Part shown: piece after piece, positions 38,396 to 47,484 of the stretch | Numbering within the stretch: the stretch's first letter is position 1 | How the letters are laid out: each line of letters opens with the position of its first letter | DNA from: Spirochaetia bacterium | Lineage (GTDB): Bacteria > Spirochaetota > Spirochaetia > DSM-2461 | Direction of reading: 5' to 3' | Assembly: GCA_963668315.1 (NCBI GenBank) | Contig: OY764216.1 | Coordinates: 1,024,001 to 1,088,000 of the forward strand | Length of the DNA: 64,000 nt | The notes under the pieces: generated by a model | Database searches by the model: none | What the model was told of the DNA's origin: nothing | The model's input: the letters and a program-made list of their open reading frames with translations, nothing else | Made by a program: the position numbers and the translations under genes

Positions 38396-39151
38396 TTACT
38401 GCTTAACGCAGGACCCCGTATAGCTGTAAAAACTGGAAGTGGATACACTGTAATTGGCTACTGCTTCGGCGGCGGTAGGGGCGCCGTCAGTATAGCTGGA
38501 ATTATAGCCTTCGCTTATGTCTACCTGAGTCTCGCCATCGGCCGTGGAAAGATTTTTCCAGCGGTATACCACATAGCCGTCGGCATCGTCATTATAGGAA
38601 GGTGCCGTGGCGTATTTGACTACGGCGTAACCGCAGTCGCTGCTTTCCGTATCGCCCGCGTTGAACCCGTCATTGCTGTAATCTATGATGGTAAAGCTGT
38701 AGTCGGGAGTTGTTGAAGCAAGAGAACTGTGTTTCTCAATGGTTGTATCGGTTACAACCCATTTTTCCGGCCAATTAGCGTCTGCATGATACCAGGTTCC
38801 AATTACTTCCAACTCATCATTGACGTGGACATTGATAACGGCGCTTTTTGATCCCGCGGTTGCTGTTATCTGAGCTGTTCCGGTTCCTGTAGCGGAAACA
38901 ACACCATCAACAACCGTGGCAATCGTCTCATCCGAAGTGCTCCAGGTGACTGATTTGTCATCGGCATCGGAAGGAAGAACGGTTGCCGTTGCTGTGAATG
39001 TATCGTTAGTATTCAGCATTTGCAGATAACTGTCCAATGTGATGCTCGAAACGGCAACCTCATCATCGGTAAACATGTCGCAGCCGACGAACGAAAAGAG
39101 AAGAACGGCCGTAACAGCAGCGGCCCCAAAGAATTTACGTGCTTTTTTCAT
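38396..39151 (-). CDS. Lipoprotein with Ig-like (Big_2) domain and unknown C-terminal domain
   Basis: GGAGG RBS; lipobox 'FVGC'; 'TATVLPSDADDKSVTWSTSDETIATVVDGVV'. Confidence 0.8.
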   Translation of the reverse strand: MKKARKFFGAAAVTAVLLFSFVGCDMFTDDEVAVSSITLDSYLQMLNTNDTFTATATVLPSDADDKSVTWSTSDETIATVVDGVVSATGTGTAQITATAGSKSAVINVHVNDELEVIGTWYHADANWPEKWVVTDTTIEKHSSLASTTPDYSFTIIDYSNDGFNAGDTESSDCGYAVVKYATAPSYNDDADGYVVYRWKNLSTADGETQVDISEGYNSSYTDGAPTAAEAVANYSVSTSSFYSYTGSCVKQ

Positions 39152-39244
39152 CATTTCCTCCATGAAAAAGTGCTTTCATTCGAGGAACTAAAAGGGAATT
39201 CACAGCGTGAAGATTCCGACTCAGTCCGCGAAGTCTGGATATCC

Positions 39245-39345
39245 TACGGCAAGTGTGTGTATCTGGCTTAAGGAAGCTTTTTCCTATCACAGTGACGCGA
39301 TCGCGGAGGATTCTCACCTCCTTCCATTGACAGATGCCGTTGTCG
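39245..39345 (-). ncRNA. Cobalamin riboswitch (compact form)
   Basis: Minus strand: ACGGCA...ATGGAAGGAGGTGAGAATCCTCCGCGATCGCGTCACTGTGA...AAGCCAGATAC...TGCCGT; promoter TTGACA-N17-TATTCT at 39380-39352. Confidence 0.85.
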
Positions 39346-39429
39346 TGTCCAAGAATACCGGTATCCCGGGGGAGTGTCAAGTTTTCGGACATTATGTATA
39401 ATCAGCATAAAAGAGCATTGGGAGAATTC

Positions 39430-41451
39430 ATGCGTATCGACAGACCCGGTCTGTTATTTATTATGGTACTTTTATCCTCGAAAATCCTTATTACGGCGGA
39501 AGATGAGCCGGAGAGGATCGTTATAACCGCCGAGGCCGAACCGGCCGATCCCCGCTCCGTTTCTTCCCAGGTGACCGTGGTGACCGAAGAGGAAATCAAG
39601 GCTTCGGGCGCCCGGAACGCCGGAGAAGTGCTCGCCTCCGTAGTGGGGGTTCAGACCGTCCGTTACGGCGGCTTGACCCAGCCCGTTCTGGTTTCTATCC
39701 GAGGTTCGTCCCCTGAGCAGGTGCTGGTGCTGGTTGACGGCAAGCGGCTGAATTCCGCCCAGGGGGGCGGGGTGGATTTTTCCACGATCAATCCCGACGA
39801 TATCGAGAGGATCGAGGTCATAAGGGGGGGAGCCTCCGCCCTGTATGGCGAAAACGCCCTGGGAGGCGTGGTCAACATCATTATGAAGGACGGAGCGGGG
39901 GAAGACTTCGCCCTGGCCGTAAAGGGCTCCGTAGGTTCTCTGGAAACCTGTGAAGGGGGAGGGCAGATCCAGGGCGGCTTTAACGAAGGGAAGGGGAACT
40001 ATTTTTTCTCCCTTTCCGCTCTGAGAACCGGAGGCAGTTACACCTACGCCAACGAGCATGAGGACGACGGAACGGCCGAATTCGTCAATAGCGACGGCAG
40101 CAGCCTGAACGGTTCAATCAAAACAGGCTATCATATTTCCTCTTCTCTGCAGCTGAATCTGAACGGGCAGTACCATCTTGATGAGAAGGGAGTCCCCGGT
40201 ACGGTAGAGTTCCCCTCGGAGAACGCCCGCATGGCGGATCACCGGTTCGTCACGGGCGGCGGTGTTCTCTGGGATACGCCGATGGGCGCCTGGGAGGGAA
40301 GCCTTTCTATCATCAAGCAGACCCGCCATTATGAGGACCCCGATTTCTATCTGGGGGCGGTGGATGATTTCCACGACAACACAGCTTTGAGCGGGGAGTT
40401 GCTCTGGTCCCGGGAAGACGTTTTTTCCCGGTTCAGCCTCTCCCAGAACGCGGGCTACTCCCTGCGCGGAGACAGTCTGCAGTCATCCGCTCTGATCAAG
40501 TCATCCGGACTATCCGAAGGAGACGGAACCGTTTCCCGTATTCAGCATTCCCTGTATTACCGGTCCCAATGGGGATTCTTTCCCCGGGAGGAAGGGGAGC
40601 CCTCGGTTCTCTCCCTTTTTCCCGCCCTCCGCTACGACTGGAGCCGCGTCAGGTTTGACGATGAGGATCTGGTCAAGACAAGCGATGCTCCCTCCTGGAA
40701 TCTGGGAATCAATATCTCGGTGGATAGGCAGCAGAAAATTGTCCTGAAGGGGAACGGGGGGTACTCCTACCGGGCTCCTTCCTTTGATGACCTTTTCTGG
40801 CCCTCTTCTTCTTTCGCCGTGGGGAATCCCGATCTGGAACCGGAGGAGGCACTGATCTTTGACGGGGGTGTCCTTCTGAAGCCCCTGACCTGGATGTCCC
40901 TGGAGGCGGTCTATTTCTACCACGACGTGACCAACCTGATTCAGTGGAATCCCGGAGCATTCGGTCAGTGGCGGCCCCGTAATCTCGCTTCCGCCCGGAT
41001 TCAGGGTTTCGAGGGGGAGTGCTCCCTGCTGATTGACCTCTCCTTTATGAACTGTTATTCCGAAGTCAAAGGGAATATGACCCTGCTCTACGCTTTCGAT
41101 ACCACGGAAGACTCGGTCACTTACGGTATGTTCCTGCCCCGCCGGGCTCCCTATCAGTTCAACGGCATTGTCTCCCTGAATCACTATGACGGGCACTTCA
41201 TCCGCCTGGAGGGACGTGCTGTTTCCCCCCGGTATATAACCGCGCAGAATACGAAATATCTGGAGGGATATTTTATTCTGGATCTTAATGTGAACGCCCA
41301 GATAAGGGAGAACTGGTACGTCAATATGGCCGTAAAGAATCTATTGAACCAGTCCTATGTGGATATTCAGGATTACCCGGTGCCGGGAGTGGAATTTTAC
41401 GTGGGAACCGGCTGGAATTACAAGCCGGAATCGGGGGAAGGGAAAAAATGA
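39430..41451 (+). CDS. TonB-dependent receptor, BtuB-like
   Basis: TonB-box-like 'ERIVITA', plug 'IRGS..EQVLVLVDG', 'IERIEVIRG..SALYG.NALGGVVNII', 'GNPDLEPE', 'KNLLNQSY'. Confidence 0.9.
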   Translation: MRIDRPGLLFIMVLLSSKILITAEDEPERIVITAEAEPADPRSVSSQVTVVTEEEIKASGARNAGEVLASVVGVQTVRYGGLTQPVLVSIRGSSPEQVLVLVDGKRLNSAQGGGVDFSTINPDDIERIEVIRGGASALYGENALGGVVNIIMKDGAGEDFALAVKGSVGSLETCEGGGQIQGGFNEGKGNYFFSLSALRTGGSYTYANEHEDDGTAEFVNSDGSSLNGSIKTGYHISSSLQLNLNGQYHLDEKGVPGTVEFPSENARMADHRFVTGGGVLWDTPMGAWEGSLSIIKQTRHYEDPDFYLGAVDDFHDNTALSGELLWSREDVFSRFSLSQNAGYSLRGDSLQSSALIKSSGLSEGDGTVSRIQHSLYYRSQWGFFPREEGEPSVLSLFPALRYDWSRVRFDDEDLVKTSDAPSWNLGINISVDRQQKIVLKGNGGYSYRAPSFDDLFWPSSSFAVGNPDLEPEEALIFDGGVLLKPLTWMSLEAVYFYHDVTNLIQWNPGAFGQWRPRNLASARIQGFEGECSLLIDLSFMNCYSEVKGNMTLLYAFDTTEDSVTYGMFLPRRAPYQFNGIVSLNHYDGHFIRLEGRAVSPRYITAQNTKYLEGYFILDLNVNAQIRENWYVNMAVKNLLNQSYVDIQDYPVPGVEFYVGTGWNYKPESGEGKK

Positions 41452-42494
41452 AAATCCGATTCGTTTCTATTACGGCTGTGCTGCTCTTTTTCTCTTCCTG
41501 CTATCAAATTACCAGTATCAACACCGGTCGGTCTTTTCCCGATTACGAGCGGGAGTTTTTTGTCCTTAACGGATTGGCCGAGACCGTTTCCGTCCTGGAA
41601 CCCTCCTATCTGCGGCTCCATGATGACGCTTTTCTTACCGGAAGCGCCCCGAACCATATCCTTTACCGGAATGATTTGTTATATGTGACCAATTCGACAG
41701 ACAACAGCATTACCATTTATAATGAAACGACCCTGGAAAAGTCCGATGAGATTTATCTTGGCTCAAACCGTAATCCCTGGATGGTCATCGAGGCGGAAGG
41801 GACAGGCTGCGGGTATGTGCCGAACTTCGTCGCCGGCACCGTTTCCATCATCGATTTCGGGAGCGGCGATATCCTTGATGAAATTTCCGTGGGTAACGGA
41901 CCGGAAGGAGGCTGCTATATGAATGGCTATGTCTTTGTCGCCAATACCAATTACGACGCCGATACTTTTACCTTCGGGGAGGGTTCTGTCTCTATCATCG
42001 ATACTGCCGATAACAGTGTGATCGAAACGGTGTCCATGGGAGTGGGAAGTGATCCCCAGTCCATTCTGGCCTTTCCCGATAAGAATGAGGTCCATGTTAT
42101 CCTTACGGGAGAATATACCGAAGATGACGGGGCTGTCGTTGTTCTGGACGGGACCACATTTACCGAGAAAACCCGATTGGCCATTGGGGGTTCTCCCGTG
42201 GGTACACCGGGAAGCATTGACCGTGACAACTCACTGGTATATCTGTGCGGAACGGCGGGTATCATGTCTTACGATTATGAAAATCTGACGGTCGTCCATG
42301 GATCGGACGACTATATTCTGGCTTCGGGAGGAGACACGTACATGGATGCGGCCGTTGATCCTGTCAGCGGGATCATCCTGGTGGCGGACTTTTCCCAAAG
42401 CGAAATTATCGTGCTCGACAATACCGACTATTCTGAGATCGAAACGATTCAGGGGTCCGATGGTGTCCAGAAATTCTTCCTTGTTGCGGAATAG
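41448..42494 (+). CDS. Beta-propeller lipoprotein (YncE/BtuG-like)
   Basis: Lipobox 'FSSC'; repeated blades 'LYVTNS', 'VSIID', 'VGNGPEG'. Confidence 0.8.
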   Translation: MKIRFVSITAVLLFFSSCYQITSINTGRSFPDYEREFFVLNGLAETVSVLEPSYLRLHDDAFLTGSAPNHILYRNDLLYVTNSTDNSITIYNETTLEKSDEIYLGSNRNPWMVIEAEGTGCGYVPNFVAGTVSIIDFGSGDILDEISVGNGPEGGCYMNGYVFVANTNYDADTFTFGEGSVSIIDTADNSVIETVSMGVGSDPQSILAFPDKNEVHVILTGEYTEDDGAVVVLDGTTFTEKTRLAIGGSPVGTPGSIDRDNSLVYLCGTAGIMSYDYENLTVVHGSDDYILASGGDTYMDAAVDPVSGIILVADFSQSEIIVLDNTDYSEIETIQGSDGVQKFFLVAE

Positions 42495-43212
42495 GGTTTT
42501 CCTGGCCTTTCTGGGGTCTTTGCTGTTTCATGCCGTGCTGTTGGGGTGTCTCGGTCTTATTCGGTCTTCCTCACCGGCTAACACCGCTGGGGGAATTCCT
42601 TCTCTGGTTGTCTCTCTGGCCGGAGATTCCCAGCCGGAACCGGCCGCGGATGTCGCCGTGGAGAGGCTTGACCCCGAGGTCCCCGAAGGGCGGCCGCAGG
42701 ATGCACCTGCCGGTGCCCTTCGCGGGGAAAAGCCCGGAGAAAGTCCTTCTTTGCCCGATGAAGCAGCTTCTGAAGCGGCAGACGGCGAAAAATATAACGA
42801 CCGTGAAGTCCTTGGGGAGACTATTGAAAAATCAACCCCCGTAAATGATAAGCCTGCTGGCAATTCTTCTGGAATCTCAGGGGGAGGAGCAGAACGGGAC
42901 GCGGTCCTTGAAGAGTATTCCGGTGAAGGAGAGGTTCAGGCTTATCCTTCTTTCGAGACCCTTTCCCGTGGACTGAATCTGCCTCCTCCTTCCTATCCGC
43001 CGCCTGCTAGAAAATGGGGGTATCAGGGGGAAGTCCTTGTCTCCATGACAATTAATGAAGCCGGGGAGCTCGATGATGTGGAGATCCTGGAATCCTCGGG
43101 CTATGACATACTGGATAAAGAGGTTATCCGTACTATTAAAAAGAAATGGCACTTTAATCCTCCCGGAGAGATCGTTGTGCTGGAAAAGCTTTTCGAATTC
43201 CGCCTTGAGTAA
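42484..43212 (+). CDS. tonB: Energy transducer TonB
   Basis: TM with 'SLLFH'; P/E-rich linker; 'YPPPARKWGYQGEV', 'SSGYDILD'. Confidence 0.85.
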   Translation: MRNRVFLAFLGSLLFHAVLLGCLGLIRSSSPANTAGGIPSLVVSLAGDSQPEPAADVAVERLDPEVPEGRPQDAPAGALRGEKPGESPSLPDEAASEAADGEKYNDREVLGETIEKSTPVNDKPAGNSSGISGGGAERDAVLEEYSGEGEVQAYPSFETLSRGLNLPPPSYPPPARKWGYQGEVLVSMTINEAGELDDVEILESSGYDILDKEVIRTIKKKWHFNPPGEIVVLEKLFEFRLE

Positions 43213-43338
43213 TCCTCTGTTAGTGATTTATAAGAGAATTATTTGTTTTCTAACCCCCCTCCATAGAAATTATGATAAAATGAGTTAATATTTAGAGAAG
43301 GCTCTCTCTGAGCCCGAACTTTTTATTAAGGAGAAGCT

Positions 43339-44811
43339 ATGAAAAACAAAATGTGGTTTAAGGCAGGAGCGGTATTGCTGGTGCTGGCACTGGCTCTGGC
43401 CGGATGCGCCTCCGCCCCCAAGGTGGATTCCGCATCATTGACGGTAGTCCATACCAATGATACCCACGGAAGAATTCTGGAGGGGAAATATGACGGTATG
43501 GGATTTGCGAAAGTATCCTCTTACGTGAAAGGCCTGGAGGCCGAGGGTAAGGATGTTCTGCTGCTGGACGGCGGCGATACGACGCACGGAATGACCCTTG
43601 TCTCCCTCTCCGAGGGCGCCGCGGCCATCGAGATTATGAATACCATGGGATATGATGCCATGGTTCCCGGTAACCATGACTTCAACTACGGCTGGGAAAG
43701 GCTGGTTGAGCTGGCCGGTATGGCCAACTTCCCCATCGTCTGTGCCAATGTTGTCAACGATGAAACGGGAGAGACGATTCTTCCCCCCTATACCATTCTG
43801 GATGTGAACGGTATGAAAGTGGGTATTTTCGGACTTACCACCGAAGAGACCCTTTACAAATCCCATCCTAAAAATACGGCGGGGCTGACTTTCCTCGATC
43901 CTGTCGAAACTTCTGAAAAAATGGTCAAGGAACTGAGAAAGAAGGTAAATGTTCTTATCGCTCTGGGACACCTCGGACTGGATGAAGATACGAAAATAAC
44001 CAGTAAAGTCGTCATGGATTCCGTAGAGGGAATCGACCTGTTTATCGACGGCCACAGCCATACGCCCCTCCCCGAAGGACTTATGGCAAAATACGGTCTG
44101 ATAGCTCAGGCCGGCGAGTACGACAAATTCCTGGGTGTTGACACCATCAATGTAAACATGGGTGAAGTAACGGCCAAAGCCAGTCTTTATACCAAAGAAG
44201 AGTCTGCCTCCCTGGAAGATGACGCCGCTGTTATCTCTCAGCTGGAAGACATCAAAGTGGAAAATGACAAGATCACCGAAGTGGTCGTCGGTCATACCGA
44301 TGTCTATCTTGACGGCGAAAGAAATCATGTCAGAACCGGAGCCACCAATCTGGGCGATATGATCTGCGCGGCACTTATCGATGTTACCGGCGCCGATTTC
44401 TCTCTGCAGAACGGCGGAGGAATCCGGGCGTCCATTGAAGCGGGCGACGTAACCAAGGGCGATGTCATCACCGTTCTGCCCTTCGGCAATACCGTTACAG
44501 TTATCGAAGTCACCGGTGCCGATATCAAGGCGGCTATCGAGAACGGCATCAAAGCCTATCCCGAACCCTCCGGCGGTTTCTGCCACTTCGGCGGTTTGAC
44601 CTATACCTTCGATCAGTCCAAACCCGCCGGAAGCCGGGTAACGGAAATCCTTGTTAAGGGAAGCCCCATCGATCCTGCCAAGAACTACAGCCTGGCAACC
44701 AACGACTTTACCGCTGCCGGCGGTGATGAGTATACCATGCTCGCCGGAAAGAAAGTCCTGGGAGAGTACGGTACTCTGGACGATATTCTCGTTGCTTATA
44801 TGAATAAGTAG
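43339..44811 (+). CDS. 5'-nucleotidase / UDP-sugar hydrolase lipoprotein
   Basis: 'HTNDTHG', 'DGGD', 'GNHDF', 'GHSH', 'NGGGIR', 'LPFGN'. Confidence 0.93.
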   Translation: MKNKMWFKAGAVLLVLALALAGCASAPKVDSASLTVVHTNDTHGRILEGKYDGMGFAKVSSYVKGLEAEGKDVLLLDGGDTTHGMTLVSLSEGAAAIEIMNTMGYDAMVPGNHDFNYGWERLVELAGMANFPIVCANVVNDETGETILPPYTILDVNGMKVGIFGLTTEETLYKSHPKNTAGLTFLDPVETSEKMVKELRKKVNVLIALGHLGLDEDTKITSKVVMDSVEGIDLFIDGHSHTPLPEGLMAKYGLIAQAGEYDKFLGVDTINVNMGEVTAKASLYTKEESASLEDDAAVISQLEDIKVENDKITEVVVGHTDVYLDGERNHVRTGATNLGDMICAALIDVTGADFSLQNGGGIRASIEAGDVTKGDVITVLPFGNTVTVIEVTGADIKAAIENGIKAYPEPSGGFCHFGGLTYTFDQSKPAGSRVTEILVKGSPIDPAKNYSLATNDFTAAGGDEYTMLAGKKVLGEYGTLDDILVAYMNK

Positions 44812-44848
44812 ACACATCGTCTGAAGGGAGTATTCCTCTCTAGCTATG

Positions 44849-44879
44849 AGGCTGCCTGTTATACGGGCAGCCTTTTTTT
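44849..44879 (+). terminator. Intrinsic terminator
   Basis: AGGCTGCCTG...CGGGCAGCCT then T7. Confidence 0.85.
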
Positions 44880-45034
44880 GTAAGTTTGTCAAACTTCGGC
44901 ATAGTGCATTTAGGCCTATTCCGGGGTGTCTTTACGTTTAAGGTCTTTTTCTCCTTGTTATTATATCTTATTTTGACTATTATAAAGAAAGTGTATATAA
45001 AAATACGATAAATCATTATCATAAGGGGAAATAT

Positions 45035-46468
45035 GTGGATTATCCAAGAATTATTCAAGGCGGTATGGGTATAGGCGTTTCCGGCTGGGAACTGGCGAAA
45101 GAGGTGGCCCGGAGCGGCCAGCTGGGTGTTGTCTCCGGCACGGCGCTCGATACCATGATAGCCCGGAAGCTTCAGGGGGGCGATACGGGCGGCCATATCC
45201 GCAGGGCTTTCGCCTCCTTTCCCGATCAGGAAATGACGGGAAGAATTCTGGACCGCTATTTCGTTAACCGGGGCATAAGAGACCGGTTTCAGTTTAAATC
45301 GGTACCCAAATATTCCATAGAGCCTTCCCGTGATCTGATAGAGCTGACCATTGCCGCCAACTTTGCCGAAGTTTTTCTGGCCAAGGAAGGGCATGAAGGC
45401 AAGGTGGGGATCAATCTCCTGGAGAAAGTGCAGATGCCTAACCTCTACTCCCTGTACGGCGCCATGCTGGCCGGAGTGGATTATGTGATCATGGGAGCGG
45501 GAATTCCCCTGGAGATTCCCGGTGTCCTCGATAAACTGGCGAATCATGAAGAAGCCCGGATCAAGCTGAATGTGGATGGCGCGGAAAACGGAGAAGAGTT
45601 TTTCATGACCTTTGATCCCCGGAATCTCTTTCCCTCCCTTGGGAAAAAGCTGAATAGACCGGCTTTTCTGCCCATCGTCTCCTCAAATGTTCTGGCCATG
45701 ATCATGCTGCAGAAGGCATCCGGCCGGGTGGACGGTCTGATCGTGGAAGATCACAGCGCCGGCGGACACAACGCCCCTCCCCGGGGACGAATGACTCTGA
45801 CCGACGAGGGCGAGCCGGTTTACGGCCCCAAGGACGGGGTTGATTACGGCCAGCTCGCCAAACTGGGGGTTCCCTTCTGGCTGGCAGGGAATTACGGTGA
45901 CGAAGAGCAGTTTCAGAAAGCTCTGTCCGTGGGAGCGGCGGGCGTTCAGGTCGGAACGGCCTTCCAGTTCTGCCGGGAATCCGGTCTGGCCCATGAGGTG
46001 AAAGCTAAAATCATGGACGCGATTAAAAGCGGCGTCGGCCGGGTTTTCACCGATCCCCTGGCTTCTCCCACCGGCTTTCCCTTCAAAGTGCTCTCCTATG
46101 CGGAGTCCCTCTCCGAAAAGCTGACTTTCCTCAGCCGTCCCCGCATCTGCGATCTGGGATACCTGAGGCAGATCTATAAAAGGGAAGACGGTCAGCTGGG
46201 CTACCGCTGTCCTGCCGAGCCGGCGAAAGCCTACGCGGCCAAAGGGGGAGATAGGGAGGAGACGAAGGGGCGGAAGTGCCTCTGCAATGCCCTGCTCGCC
46301 AATATATCCCTGCCCAAAATGCAGATTTCCGGTTATCTGGAGAAGCCCCTCGTTACCGCCGGCTCATGCCTGGACGTGATGAAGAAGTTCATCGACCGGG
46401 GAATGAGTTCCTACTCCGCCCGGGACGTGATCGCCCTGATACTGGGAGCCCAGCCGGGAATCGCGTAG
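45035..46468 (+). CDS. Nitronate monooxygenase / FabK-like flavoprotein
   Basis: 'IIQGGMGIGVS', 'MGAGIP', 'AGGHN', 'GVQVGTAF', Cys-rich C-terminus. Confidence 0.85.
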   Translation: MDYPRIIQGGMGIGVSGWELAKEVARSGQLGVVSGTALDTMIARKLQGGDTGGHIRRAFASFPDQEMTGRILDRYFVNRGIRDRFQFKSVPKYSIEPSRDLIELTIAANFAEVFLAKEGHEGKVGINLLEKVQMPNLYSLYGAMLAGVDYVIMGAGIPLEIPGVLDKLANHEEARIKLNVDGAENGEEFFMTFDPRNLFPSLGKKLNRPAFLPIVSSNVLAMIMLQKASGRVDGLIVEDHSAGGHNAPPRGRMTLTDEGEPVYGPKDGVDYGQLAKLGVPFWLAGNYGDEEQFQKALSVGAAGVQVGTAFQFCRESGLAHEVKAKIMDAIKSGVGRVFTDPLASPTGFPFKVLSYAESLSEKLTFLSRPRICDLGYLRQIYKREDGQLGYRCPAEPAKAYAAKGGDREETKGRKCLCNALLANISLPKMQISGYLEKPLVTAGSCLDVMKKFIDRGMSSYSARDVIALILGAQPGIA

Positions 46469-46477
46469 ACGGGAAAA

Positions 46478-47224
46478 TTACGCTTCAAGGCCGGCCAGCA
46501 GTTTGGCGAACGTTTTCTCCGTCATGGGTGAGTGTCCGACCGGCCGGCCTTGGAACCAGATCCCCAAGGTCCCGAAGGGGCCGGCCAGTTCCCGTGACTG
46601 CTCTGCCGAGGTCAGTCTGATGACCTCTGTTTTGTAACCGGCCTCCCGGGCCCAGCCGGCCATAAGGGGGACGTACTCCCCGGTAAAGGGGCACTGGTCG
46701 GAATAGACGAAGCGGAAGCCCTCTGTTTCTCCGGGGATATTCTGTTTTGCCGCAGAGGAAAAACGGGGCTGGGACGTTTCGTCCTGAATTCTGTACGCCA
46801 GCAGTTCAAAGGAGGGGGGCGCTTCGTCAATCACCTCGAATCCTTTGTGGATGAAGAAAGACTTGTCCGTTAGGTAATGTTCTTTTTTTCCGGTAGAAAC
46901 ATAAAGAACGCCCGCCTTCCCCTGGTCCCGGGCATCTTTCAGGCATTCCTCCAGAAGCCGTGACGACCAGCCCTGTCCTTTAAATTTCCCCGAGACCCAC
47001 AGGCAGTTGATGATGAGCCAGTTTGCTCCCTCCACCGGCTTCCAGGCTGCCTCCACGGGCATATACTCTATGAATACTTTGCCCCTGTCGTCCAGCCGCT
47101 TGAAGACAAGTCCCTCGGCGAACCGTTCTTTCAGCCAGGCTTTCTTCGCCTGGTCTTTGCCCATGGCACAGCAGATGTGCTCCCCGTCTATGTTCTCTTT
47201 TGTTATATTGATAATCTGACTCAC
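46478..47224 (-). CDS. YoaP-domain GNAT-family protein
   Basis: 'EHICCA', 'KVFIEYMP', 'INCLWVSG.FKGQG', 'QCPF'; GTG start. Confidence 0.85.
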   Translation of the reverse strand: MSQIINITKENIDGEHICCAMGKDQAKKAWLKERFAEGLVFKRLDDRGKVFIEYMPVEAAWKPVEGANWLIINCLWVSGKFKGQGWSSRLLEECLKDARDQGKAGVLYVSTGKKEHYLTDKSFFIHKGFEVIDEAPPSFELLAYRIQDETSQPRFSSAAKQNIPGETEGFRFVYSDQCPFTGEYVPLMAGWAREAGYKTEVIRLTSAEQSRELAGPFGTLGIWFQGRPVGHSPMTEKTFAKLLAGLEA

Positions 47225-47258
47225 TATTCTCCTCCCTATGGAGAATATAGCACATCCT

Positions 47259-47279
47259 ATACGACAGCCCTGTGTCGTA
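47259..47279. promoter_or_regulatory. Inverted repeat, possible operator upstream of the YoaP gene
   Basis: TACGACA-GCCCTG-TGTCGTA. Confidence 0.4.
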
Positions 47280-47290
47280 AACGGGAAAAT

Positions 47291-47412
47291 CCGTTAGGGA
47301 TTGGAGGGGAAATAGCCCCGGACGGCCCGGCGGCGGCGACAGAGCCGGAGAAGGCGGACGGATCGGGCTATTGGAACGGAAAGCCCGGCCCGGCGTCAGC
47401 CGGGGAACGGCC
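47291..47412 (-). repeat. Structured intergenic element, copy 3 (Flavo-1-like)
   Basis: Minus strand CCGGGCTTTCCGTTCCAATAGCCC...GGGCTATTTCCCCTCCAATCCCTAACG; inner arm closely matches copy 2. Confidence 0.65.
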
Positions 47413-47484
47413 GTAATTTTTATCCCGGGACTTGCGTTTTCCCCCGATTTGTTGGAAGATGAATTTATCCACGGGAGGTGGACT

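Noticed and set aside
47371..47484. N-terminal extension of the M16 peptidase ORF
   Set aside because: Runs through the repeat element; GGAGG RBS and signal peptide support ATG 47485
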